In this document: in pieces, positions 13,298 through 26,300 of the stretch | Position numbering within the stretch: the first letter of the stretch is position 1 | Layout: each line of letters starts with the position of its first letter | DNA from: Nymphaea colorata | Lineage: Eukaryota | Assembly: GCF_008831285.2 (NCBI RefSeq) | Contig: NC_045138.2 | Coordinates: forward strand, 12,400,001 to 12,464,000 | Direction of reading: 5' to 3' | DNA length: 64,000 nucleotides | Position numbers and translations under genes: made by a program | Notes under the pieces: generated by a model | The model's input: only the letters and a program-made list of their open reading frames with translations | Databases searched by the model: none | Told to the model about the DNA's origin: nothing

Positions 13298-16200
13298 TTA
13301 ATTTCGGTATCCGACAGCAAAGTGGAATCTTGTTGCAAACCTATCATTAAAGGCATATTCCAACCTCAGAGGTCCCAAGGGAGATTCCACACGGATGCCA
13401 GCACCATATCCATAGCCACTACCAGGCTTGCCCCTCGCACCAGCAGGATCTCCTGTACCACAGCAAATGGCAGATTGCACAGAAATATCAGAAGGACGAT
13501 CCTTAGGTAATCCTCCCTTTCTATATCCCACTAACATGTATACCAGTTAAGCAGTCAATGACATGCATTCAAAATCACTCACAACCACAAAGAGAACTAC
13601 AACTGAAACCAATCCTACCTGGAACAGCTGATCCTGATCCAAGGTCACTACCGTAGTCAGCAAATATTGCACCTTCAACTGGACCAAACTGCCCAAATAC
13701 ATAGCACAAACATTTCAGATATTCAAGTAAGAAGTCTTAAAAGTTAAAAACCAATAAGCTCATCAGCACGACACTCAAATGGATCACATTCAAACCGCTT
13801 GTGCATTGAAGCGTCCAGTTAATGAGGGCCAAACCCCCTAATACATTTTTTTTTTTTTTACTTCGAAGAGCCAGAACTTTCGAAAAAAGGAAAAATAAAT
13901 ATGCAACTTCTGAAACCGGAAAGCAGAGGATACCAACAAGTGAGTTCCCCATTTAAGCAAAGATAGGTAGCACATACCATGCGAAATGAAACCTCTCCAC
14001 TCCCCACAACATATGATCTTCCAGAACCAACTGCACCTTCTTCATAACCTCGAACACTGTTAGTCCCACCTATGGCAAATGCTTCATGTGGAGAGAAATT
14101 TCCCACCACAGTACCGCCAGTCAAACTGTACATTTAAATGGGGCAAAAATGGATTAAAAAAGTCGCTGGTCAATATTCAGCACTTCATGCAGAAAGAAAT
14201 GGAACAAAAAGAAAAGGAAAAAATGAAATAAAGTAGCTCCATACCTCAAAATAAAACGAGCTGGACCAACGCCCACTCCGGTCCTAGCCCGAGCATTCAC
14301 TCTGTTGAAACAAAGCCACTCAGGGAATACCGGAAGCCCTTGTTCCATGGTACATACAACCTATGATTACAGTGAAAAAAGCTTCCATTACAAGTATATA
14401 GAGCATAAGAAAAATAGCAGCAAGTTCAAACAACCAGAGTAAGGAGCTAGCTCACCATTGAGGAGCCACGATCACTGGAACCAGTATATACAGTCTCAAA
14501 CTTGGCAATCAGCATGTCATCATACATATTACCACTGAAATTAGACAGATTAACTAAATTATTAGCATATAAAGCAGAATCATACAGCGAGTAAACTTTC
14601 TTATCTCCATTTCTTTCAGGAATTTCCCATATTGAAAGAAACCAGGAAAGAGACCTAAAAGTTAATGGGCTGCCATATGCATCCTTAAAGATCGGTTCTC
14701 CATGATCATCACGAGCACCAGCATGCTGTCCACATTTAACATTACGATCAAGAAATACTTCTATAAAAGTTAACTTACAACTTATTAACAACCTTGAGCC
14801 ACACAATTGACAGGTATCCTTAAACAGAAAAAAGCAAGATCGCAAATGAGAACAGGCCAGAAAATCACACATTAGATGAGCATGACTTACAGAATTGTGC
14901 AAATAACAAGGAATCTAACAAACAAATAAGATCAGCAATGCAATATTATTACAGATCTCATGAAAATACATTTTTGAACAAAATAAATTTTAACAAACTA
15001 ATTAATGAGTACCAGTAACATTTACATGCTCAAAAGTACCACTGCTGCCATTTTAAATCTTTCACCATTTTCAGTCTGAACAGCAGAGGTCCACCAGCAT
15101 GCAAAGAGAAGTATTCAAGGAAGAGAAGCACTATTATGTTTGTATATGAACGGATATGTACAGATAGGTCAAGGATAGTTGACTGACCAAGGACCCACTA
15201 GTTTGACAACATAGGCAGCCACCTCAACTGCCAGCCAGGATTTTGACTAGAAAACTTAATGTCATTACCTGAAAAATAAGTCCTGCAGTCCCACTCCATT
15301 TTGGTCTGAAAGGTCTACTGAATTCAATGCCAGCAGTTACTCTACCAATTGTTATTCCACCATGATCAGATTGATCCCCATGAATAAGGACCCCTGGTGT
15401 CCTTGAGTTCTGCGATCATGAAAGATCAGGGAAAAACATTGTTAGATAACCCAGAAACCAAGCCGTCACTGATGCTGTGATGCATGCAATGTACCACTCA
15501 TACTTCTATATCACCTGGACCATTATGGATCTTGATGTCCTCTTATCATCTCCTTCAATCCAAGGGTCTGTGTAATTAATACGGAATATTGAATCAATCT
15601 GTCCTCTTTCCAGTGATATGTTAAGTTTTTGATTACGCCCAAACAAGTTTCTGTGTGAATATGCAAAGCTGGAACCAAAAATGTGACTGATTAGTTCAAG
15701 AAATGGAATTAGAATTACTGAAAAAAAAAAGCTGTCTAAAACAGTTCACAATCATCCATCTATGCATCCAATTAACTTTTCTGGACAAGAGTAGAAAGAC
15801 ATCTTAATCAAGCTTTAGCATTTATAAAATGTCAAAAAGTATAGACACTACATAACACGCATCATCTTGCTATTTTCATGCATTCTCGGTTCAAATCTTC
15901 ATGCAGAACACAGCCTCCAAAATCAAAAAGTCAATATAACATAGAGATGGTACAGGAGTCGTTAGGCGCTCCTTGGGTGTGCGAGAGAGAGAGAGAGAGA
16001 GATGCCTCCTCTCTTTCTTGATGACTCTTCTTCCTTTTAGCAGTGCTTCCTTTTTAACTTTTCCTATCCTCGTTTTGTTCATTTATTCCGTCTAATTTCC
16101 TTTGTGTCTTCCTTTTATTTGAAGCTTGAGTTTGTATGCCTATATGTATATATATATATATATAAAGCTTGTGTGTGTGTGTGCATGGTGCTCACCCTAA

Positions 16201-18987
16201 TTTTATTGTGCAGTGTTCTCCCCAACATAAAACCATCCAATCAAATGATCAAATAGATACATGAACAATAACAAATTTGAATCACATCTTTTCAATGTGT
16301 AAAAGGAAAAATCAAGGGCATAAAATTACTGCCTATGGGTTAGAAAATTGTGAATTTATTTCATAAAGTATGACTTGTCGCATGATCTTTTACAACTTAA
16401 TGTATCAAAGTACAAAAATTGCTGTATTTTAGGCTGAGACACACCAAAACTTAGTGAATAGCACCTTTTTTCCGTTTCACTTTATATACATATATATGTG
16501 GGAATTTAGATTTTGACAACCTTGAATACTGTGCCGTGCGCCTTCACCCCAGTAAATTATAAGTAATATGAGAAAAGAGAAGAAAAGGAGACAGGGCAGC
16601 TAAGTTTGCTCCTAGTCATCTACTGTCCTAGATATATATGGAAATTACATCCTCACTTCTCACTACCCTAATAACCTACTTCTTTACTTGCTCCTAATTA
16701 AATCATGTCTAATGGGGAGAGAGATCAGGATTGGTAGTAATCAAAATCTACTGTGGTCTACCATCTATCTATCTATATATACAAGAAAGCTTTAACCGAC
16801 ACAAAATGATGAAAAGTTCTGGTGGTCTCTCATTCACACCAAATGAGAGAGTCGTGTGTGACTTATATCATGATGGAAGAAGTTACCAAGGCTTACACGT
16901 TACAAGAGAAGTTATATGCGGACTTACACATTACAAGAGCGATTGCACACACATAAAAAATTATAAAGTAATGGTATGTTATGATAATGCATCACGTTCT
17001 TCTTTCCTCTCCAATGGAATCTCCTTTAACCAGCAGTTGTAACTGGTCATGTTCTGATCGTGCATAACCTGTGTGTCATTTTTGCCAATAGTAGCCGTTC
17101 TAACTGTTCTGACAACCACCTGCTTATCATCCCCCCTCAATCTGAGCGTTGGTTTCCCAACGCACAGATTGGATCTGAAATACTCAAATTGACATGTAGA
17201 TAAAGGCTTTGTGAACCCATCAGCAATTTGTTCATGGGAGCGTATAAACTCTATAATCACATTTGCTTTCTTTACATGATCACGGACAAAGTGAAAATCA
17301 ATTTCGGAGATGATGACTTAATTCAGATCACATTGAATGGTCATCCAATAGAATATGAAAGCTTTGTAACTTCAGTTACAACAGGTTCCTCCTCTCTAAG
17401 CTTTTCATGATTTGTATGATTTACTGCTGAATCAAGAGAGACGTTTGGCCACAATGAAACCAAAGACCATAGAACAGATGGAAAAGAACAAAGACCATAG
17501 AACAGACTGACAAGAACACATGTTCAGTCTGTTCTATGGTCTTTGGCTTCATTATGGCCAAACATCTCTCTTGATTCAGCAGTAAATCATACAAATAATG
17601 AAAAGTTAAGTTTAGAGAGGAGGAACCTCTTGTAAGTTGTAACTGAAGTTACAAAGCTTTCATATTCTACTGGAAGACCATTTAATGTGATCTGAATTAA
17701 ATTATCATCTTCCATATCTTCTCCTGTTGAAGCCAAAGTATCAGCTAAAAGTTTGATTCTATCGAGATATTCTGCCCATAGAACTTGACTCCCTGTGAGT
17801 AAAATGGATCTTTCTTGAGTAACATGATTCTTAGTTTTGATTGGGATCTGTAGGCTTTTCAAGCATGAGCCACGCCTCCTTGGCTGTTTGTGCATGCATG
17901 ATTTGTCCAAGCATGGCCTTCTGAGACGGATGCTTTGACCCAGCTTTACACAAGCTGCTCGGATCTATGCTAGGTGAGATACTCAGGGTTCATTTCTTGA
18001 GAACCTTTGTCCTTTTCTACGACCATCTTTGGTGGAGCTTTGGATGAGCCATCGACAAAATTTAACAGGTCTTGGCTTAGCATAACAGATTCTAGCCGAG
18101 TACGCCACAGAAGGTAATTATCTCTGGTCAGCTTCATGGAGACTAAGCTGGCCACCGCGTTCCATTGGGCATTCAAGCTTGAAGATGCCATGACTGAATA
18201 GAAAACTCTTGAGAGTTGCCTAAATGCTCTGATACCATGAAAGCTCTAATGGACACAAAATGATGAAAAGTTCTGGTGGTCTCTCATTCACACTAAACAA
18301 GGGTCACCCGTGACTTATATCATGATGGAAGAAGTTACAAAGGCTTACACATCACAAGAGAAGTTACATGCAGACTTGCACGTTACAAGAGAGGTTGCTC
18401 AAACAATTATAAACAGAAAATAATGGTATGTGGTGATGGTGCTTCACGTTCCTCCTTCCTCTCCAATGGAATCTCCATTAACCACCAATTGTAACTGGTT
18501 ACATTCTGATTGTGCATAAACTGTGGGTCAATTTTTCCAATAGTAGCTGTTCTAACTATTCTGACAACCACCTGCTAACATATATATAATCCAACATCAT
18601 CCAACTTTTAATAGTCACAGAAAACCCGTTTTTTCTTAATGGCCGTTTAAAACTTTTAAAAAAAGCATTTTTTGGGAAAAACGTTAAAAACGAAAAAACA
18701 CGTTTTTAACCCGTCTTTAACACATTTTTTTGCATTTTTTCACTTTTTTCAGTTTTTTTAGTGCCAAATTTTGTTTTCATTTTCTATTTTTATTTGTTAC
18801 AAATATATTTATTTGATGTTTGTGTTATTAGTTTTTCACTTATTTTATTTTTTCCTTATTTTTAATTTTTTAAATTTTAAAAAAATTAATGTATTTTTTT
18901 TTCTCGTTTTTTTCAAGCTCGCCATATTATACCCAAGAAAAACCTCGCCGTTTAAAACTTCGAGATGTTATTGTGAGTATGATATAT

Positions 18988-19034
<47 letters not shown>

Positions 19035-19810
19035 GTTTTGTCAACTACAATCAACTATATGTGCAATCTATGTCACATGGACACTTCATTTGGAGCAATG
19101 GATCTATTAGTATGCCAACACATGGTGCAGGCCTCGACATGGAGACCATGACGAGTTGACAAGTCCAACATCATCCAACTTTTAGGTTTTCCTTATTAAA
19201 GATATTTTTACATCCACTAGCAACTATCACATGGATATGGAGACAAGGTCTCCATACCCACGTCAGTACACCGGACCAATGCAACCAGGACACACAATGG
19301 TCTGACATAAAAATAATAAAAAATTAATATCGACAGCTGACCCTTAGTCAACTGGCAGCAGCAGGTGGTTGACACCGCTCAGTCAGCTGATAGCAGTAGG
19401 AAAGATAAGACACGTATTACAGTAGCAAACCATCAGAAAAAGAAAGAGAGATGGCAATGGTGGTAAAATTATTTTCCTCCACTCCCCCAGCCTTCTCAGC
19501 AATACTGCCGATGCCTGTCCAAGTGCCATATTCCCCAGCAACCATGCCCTCTTCCTCCTGGAAGCCAATGACAATGGCAGCAATAGCTTCGCAAAATAAG
19601 TGTAGGCAGAGGCGAGGAGAAGAGGAGGCAGAGAAGCTTGACAGAGGAGGCAGAGAAGCTTGACAGAGAGACAGAGAGTTTTACAAGGATCGACCTTCCA
19701 CCCATTCAAGCCCTTTTTTTTACTTTTCATATTTCTTTAACTTCACACAAATTTTAATTATATTATAAAAACAGGCAAAGGTTTTAGAAATCCACAAATG
19801 TCAAAAATAT

Positions 19811-19848
<38 letters not shown>

Positions 19849-19890
19849 AAACAGGCAAAGGTTTTAGAAATCCACAAATGTCAAAAATAT

Positions 19891-19924
<34 letters not shown>

Positions 19925-20345
19925 TGTCACAAATATCACAATATTAATGTCAAAAAATAAGAAAAAGGAAAAAAGGGGAAATTTTGCAATATTTTGAAAA
20001 AACGAGAAAAATATTTATCACGTTATTAGCACATTTTTTCCATGCTTTTTTCCCGATTTTTTCAATTTTGTATTTTTCAGCATTGATATTACCATGGATT
20101 CAATGTAAACTTAAACTAAATTATATTCATCATTTTTATTATCATTAAAACGTTCCTTCAATCACAGTTATATAGTTTTATTTATGTTTTCATATTAGTT
20201 TCTCATTTATTTCATTTATACCTAATTTTATTATTTTTTAAAAGTTTCTGAGTTTTTCCCAAGATTTTCCCAAAAAACAATTTTGCCGTTAAAAACCTGA
20301 GAAAAATCTTGCTGTTAAAAACCCAATAACGATATTTGTGACGCT

Positions 20346-20385
<40 letters not shown>

Positions 20386-23300
20386 CTTCACCTATGTTAC
20401 ATAGGTACGGGTACGGGTGCCGGTGCGGGTACTGACCATTTTCAAAAAACTTGGGTGCGAGGGTACAGCCGTATATATATATAAACAATAAGAAGTACTT
20501 AGAAAATATGTATCAAAATAAAGAATATACATCAACATAAACAAATAAATAACATAGAAAATATATATCAACGGCTCTTACAGTAGTGTGTTTAAGAAAC
20601 CTATGAAAAACTTTAAACATATGAACAACCAAGCAGCCCCTTAGTCAAATATGAACATCAATTGAATTATCACATCCAAAGAATAAAATAAAAAGTAAGG
20701 TGAAAAAAATTAAATCAAAGAAAAATTAAGCAGTTTGGATCTATAGGTACCCAAGTGTCAAAATACCCATTTTGGGTACGGGTACGGCGACACGGGTACG
20801 TGGACCTTACTGAGGTAACCATGTGACTTAGACCTCCACCCATGTGACTTGGACTAGCAACTAGTAGATACCCTCCATGTCAAGGAAAAATATAGACATG
20901 CTTCACAAAGTTCAAACATGAGGAAAATAAGGTTACACTTTACTCAAACGTTTCCAATTTACATGTAATTGAAAAAGATGAAACAAAGCAACAGATCGTG
21001 GTATTGATGGTACACAGCTATACCCCAAAATATCATGGAAAAAAGTAGTTGTCATGAGGTCTTGATCGTGCTCCGCGCAATGAAGATTAAGAAATATCAA
21101 AGCATAAGATGAAGTGCTTGGAAAGACCTTTAATGATCATTGTATGATGAAGTTAGTAAACAGTGAGTGTGGAAAGTTTTTTACTAGGAGATTTTTCTTT
21201 AACAGCTTTGATGGAAGGAGATTATCAAGATTATGTTAGCTTCTTGACATCATATAGATCAGCAACACCAAATCTTCAAAACATCTTACAAAGAAGTTGC
21301 TATCCCAGCCTACCACGTCATCATGCTCTTGAATGAAACTAGAATATACATTCTCAAATTCACAACATTAAATGAAACAGACCCGTCAGCAATAGAAGTA
21401 GATGATTTAATTTATGTTTACTCCAATCTACAACTATTTTCCCACATCTCTAATAATAACACGTACTTTTTGTCTTTATCTTTGATATGCAAAATTCGAA
21501 GTTGAATGTTTTATTGATATTCTCAAGTGAAAAATATTCAATTGAGTCATATTATACTACTATTTAGGAGTCAGAATCATCCAAGTTTGGGATGTCAATC
21601 CAAAGGACTTTGACTTTGAAGAGAAGATGATTTGCATACTCTGCAAATGGACTTTGCAGAGCCCATCCTTCCTTCCAATTATGATGATCACATAGATGAA
21701 GGATAAGCTCGTCAGATCATTCTCACGAACATTCTAATATAATACATTCTTATATATTCATTGCACCGTTATTTAGCTTGTTTACTACTTTATGTTTTAC
21801 AATTTATAAATTATAAATCATGAATGCGTTATTTTATTTGTTTGCTAGAAACTTATTCTCGTTTTGTATATAGAGACTGTATGTGTACAGCCTTGTCTCC
21901 ACACCCAAGTCTTTTGAAATTTTCTGCGACTGTGTCTGCAACCACAATGCTGCAACCATGTGACATAGAGTGCAGATCTAGTCCAAATTTCATGATCCGA
22001 GTTATGTTTTACTTAGTCTGATGGCTAAGTTGTGTTCAGCATCGTAAAAGACCCACAAATTGACTGTCCGACTTTTTAACCAAAAATCACATTTTTCTGA
22101 ACCTACAAAATGTCAAGATGCTTTATTTGTTTTTGATGTTTGGATCGACAAAAAAAACCTTCATGTTGACCAGATTCCAGTAATTTAAAAGTTGATCTAC
22201 ATTAACCCCTAAATCAATCCTGAAGATCAAATTTGTAGCGTCAGATTTAAAAGTTTTGGAAGAAATGGAAAAAAAGAAGTTGCTTGCACATAAAAATGAC
22301 TGTACAATATATACATAAGAAAAAGCTATAACCCAGAAACAAGGCTTAAGAGTTCCAGAATGGAAAACATCAGAATTTTACCTCCCAATTAAGCCTGAAA
22401 GAGGGCCACCTGTTATCCTACACATAGGACATATATCCAAAATAAATATACCATGGCAAGATAGGAGAATGATCCTAGCAAGTAGAAAGCCCAAAACCAC
22501 ATGTAGAATTTGCATTTAAAAGCACTCACCCGCTTGAAATGCCACCACCAGCAGAGAAGCCACCACTAGCACGCTCGACAACATTCATTGTAAGATCAAC
22601 TTTACCAGTATCTAGGAAACACCAAAGTCATTCTACTGGTGGAATAAGGATCATGCAATAACTGTTTTGCAAGAGAGGAAGAGAGGGAGGCACCAATTTT
22701 AACATTGTTACAAATATCATTAACCAGATGCGGAGCTACATGTGGGTTGGTGTGGGCGACCGCTGGTGTGGGTGGTCACCCACACCAGCCCATCAGAAAC
22801 TCACTGTTGATAGAGCCGGACCCAGGTCCAAATAAAAGTGATGCCTACACCAGACCTGGGTTGATGCCCTGCACAATCTAGGCACACCAAGGCTGCAAAA
22901 CATTGAGCCACGAGTCTCTATGAGACAGTATACCTGACTACGTCACATGGACGCTTTGTTTTTGTTAATGTTGTGACTGACACTTCATTTTTGTTAACGC
23001 ACCAGCATCGACCCGATGGGGGTGCGACCGGGATTCGCACCCATACGCAGTCAAAGAGAATCAGGTGCTGTCAGCCGCACCCGACCATTTTCGTCATATT
23101 TGGATGCACACCCAAGTTGCGTTTACGGCAAGTCAGGTGTGGTCAAACCGCATCATGGACTTTTTTGTTCTTTTTTTAATTTTTATTTCCTTAAAACGAT
23201 TTAGGGCACACTCGTGTTTGTGCCCCTTTCCGCTCCTCTCTATCTTCCTTTGTGTTCTCCCTCTCGAAGCACCGATAATTTGTTTTCGATGGCCGGCGGC

Positions 23301-26300
23301 AGAGCTCGTTCCTCCGGCAGCGACCACTCATGCCCCTTCCCACTCCTCTCTATCTTCCTTCGTGTTCTCACTTTACATTGAAGTACCCATCGGTGACCGA
23401 CGCCTGTGTTTCAAACAGCCAGCGGCAGAGCTTGTTCCTCCAATGGCGACTACAACCAAACGGTCGACAGGTGTGTTGTCCTCCGGCGGGTCTGTGATTT
23501 CGTTTTTACGTTTGTTCGTTTGCTTTTTTGTTTGTTTTTTCATTAGATGTTACACAAATGACAGATGGATTTTTTGGTTTTTGTCATCAAGACTCAGCCA
23601 AACAACAGGTGTGTGATTTCATTTTTTCGTTTTGTTGTCAACACTTAGCCAGACTAGGGCCAGCATTAGACCGAGCTATGATTATAGAGGAAGCTATGCG
23701 ATGAAGGATATGTTTAAGTTAAGCGATTCTCGGATAGCAGCTCTTGGGTATCTACCCAAACAGAGGTGGCAGCAGTTTTTCTTTTTGTCGCGTCACTGAG
23801 AATCCATTTAATTTGATGCTTGATGACTGATGACCTTCGTCTCCAACAAGGAAGCTCCTCCATCGCATAAAACTGACCTCCTTAATTTCCATAATATTTA
23901 AGATGAGAGAAACTGCTCAGGCGTTCCTAATTTATCCCCAATTAGATAAGGGTTTTGTTCGTACCTATCCTCAAGTACACCATGGGCATAGCTTTGCTAA
24001 TAATTTTGATCAAATGGCAGGTGTATGATTTCGTTTTTACTGCAACCTGCACCTGATTTTACTGTTTTACTTGTTCGGTTAGCATGTTCTTTTTACATGT
24101 TTAGCATTTCCGCAGTATTATGTGATTAGTTGATTAGTATTTCGATGATAATGTATTATGTTTCTTCATTCTTGTGGGCAATATGAGAGATTTTATGATG
24201 TTTAACCATTTCTTTTTGTTTGGTTTTACTTTCTTCATAATAGTCTATATGGAACTTAGATTCAGCACAATTATTTTGTTTTGTGCATCAGATTTTGTAG
24301 TTGTTATTACAATTTAAAATTGTTTTGTTTTGCACATCGGATTCAACACAGTCATAATTTATAAGTTATTAAATGCTGTTATATTTAAAATTTTTCATTT
24401 TAGAGGTAAAGGATGGCAAACAAAAGGAAAAGACAAGAAGTTGTTTCAGATTATCCTGCAGCAAGTTCTTCATCTAGTGTAAAATATTAATGTTTTAAGG
24501 TCTTCTTGCAACCTAGTGAAGCATATGCAAATGAAAAACAACCATATGGAACGAAATCAAAATGGTCATGAAAGATGTAGGCAGTGGTGGGGAAATGTGC
24601 ATTTTGTATGTGGATATTGTCAAGTTACATTTGTAGGATCTTACACAAGAGTTAAAGCACATCTGTTGAAGTTGCCACATTTTGGAATTTGAGCATATAA
24701 AAGCATTTCTACAGAAAAAGCTCAAGAGTTAAAGAAGTTGCAAGATTGTGTTGATGCAATCCACAACAACAAGAAAAGAAACACTATTACGGCAAATACT
24801 AGCATGCCTCCTAAGAGTATTGACAAAAAAAAACCTACAGAGACACGTTTTGATTCTTATGGAAGAGCAGAATTAAATAAAGTGGCTGATAAGTTTTTAT
24901 ATTTTCGCTGCATTCCTTTCAATGTAGCTAGAAATCCATATTGGAAGAAGCATATTACTATGCTTGCAAATGGCAAATTATCAGGATATGTACCACCCAG
25001 TTCAAAAGGTTGCAAACATCACTTCTTAAGGATGAAAAGAGCATGGTTGAGAAAAGTTTAAAAAGAAAAAAAATTAAATGGAATGCAACTAGAGTATCAA
25101 TTATTTCTGATAGGTGGACAGACATTCAAAGACATCAACTAATTAATTGTATTGTCATTGCATGTGATAAACCAATATTTTTTAAGGCAGTTGATGCATC
25201 TTGAGAATATAAAAATGTCGAATATTTGAAGCAATTATTTGTAGAAGGCATCAAGGAGGTTGGTCCTAATAAAGTGGTGCAGTTCATTACAGACAATGCT
25301 AATGTATGCAAAAATGTTGGATTGAGTTTGAGGTATGATTTTTCACATATCTTTTGGACTCCTTGTGTTGCACATTTTGAATTCAGCACTGAATGACATG
25401 CAATCCTCCAAGTCAAGATGCAGACCCAACAGAGCATGAGCTATTTTCATGAATTCAAGAGATTGAAAAAGAAGAAAGAAATATTAGAAATTTCATCATC
25501 AATCACCAACATGCATTGTCTCTTTTTGGTAGTTATTTTGATTTGAGATTGTTAAAAGTTGCAAAGATAAGATTTGTTTCAATAATTGTCATGTTGAAAA
25601 GAATTCAAAGAGTGTGGAATGCACTTATTCAAATGGTGGCTAGTAGAGAGTGGAGCTTTTATCGGGTTGAAGATGAGGTTAAAGCTCAAATTAATAAAAA
25701 CATTATTGTGGATGATAAATGGTAGGATAAAATTACATGTTTTTTGGATTTTACACAGCCAATTCGGTACATGTTGAGGGTTGTTGATAAAGAGGGCCTA
25801 TGCTTCATAAAGTCTATGAAATGTAGAACGATATGATTGAACAAATTCAATGTATAATTTTTAAGAAAGAGAAGAAGGAAGAGTCTGAGGTTTTATAACC
25901 TGCACATCGATCTTAATATCTTCCTTCAGTCCCCCAACAAAGGCCCCGACCAGCGCCTCTACCAGCCATCCTATTAATATGTTGCTAAGTTCTTCGAACT
26001 CAGCTTGGTATTCGATAACATTTCCTTTTTTGTCGTATTTTTGACAACTCCACATTATGATCTAAATAAGTTGAGGGACCAAAACAAATGGTTAGAGCAT
26101 AACAAATGACTCCCATGAAGGTCGACCATGCTGCAATATCAACCACCTATACTATCATATCGCTGAACCCTTTAAATGAACAGCAGATAGAGTGGCCCTA
26201 TTCTCCATCGAAACCATCTGACACTCAAGATATTGTTTGGCCTTGAAGACCCAACTCATAGGATCTTCGCTCAAAAATCTAGGGAAATTGAGTTTGGGGG

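Larger units (their letters stand above)
19224..20852. mobile_element. Non-autonomous hAT element with perfect 8-bp TSD
   Basis: Ends ctatcacatgg / ccatgtgacttgg, with TSD ACTAGCAA at 19216-19223 and 20853-20860. Confidence 0.8.
19068..21968 (+). mobile_element. Decayed hAT element carrying the transposase C-terminal (dimerisation-domain) remnant at ~21020-21440
   Basis: TIRs ctatgtcacatgg / ccatgtgacatag. Broken translation [37 protein letters not shown]. The flanks tgtgcaat/agtgcaga match only 5/8, so pairing of the two ends is tentative. Confidence 0.65.

Noticed and set aside
23065..23616. 183-aa ORF
   Set aside because: Lies in the hAT subterminal region, has low complexity and shows no recognisable domain.
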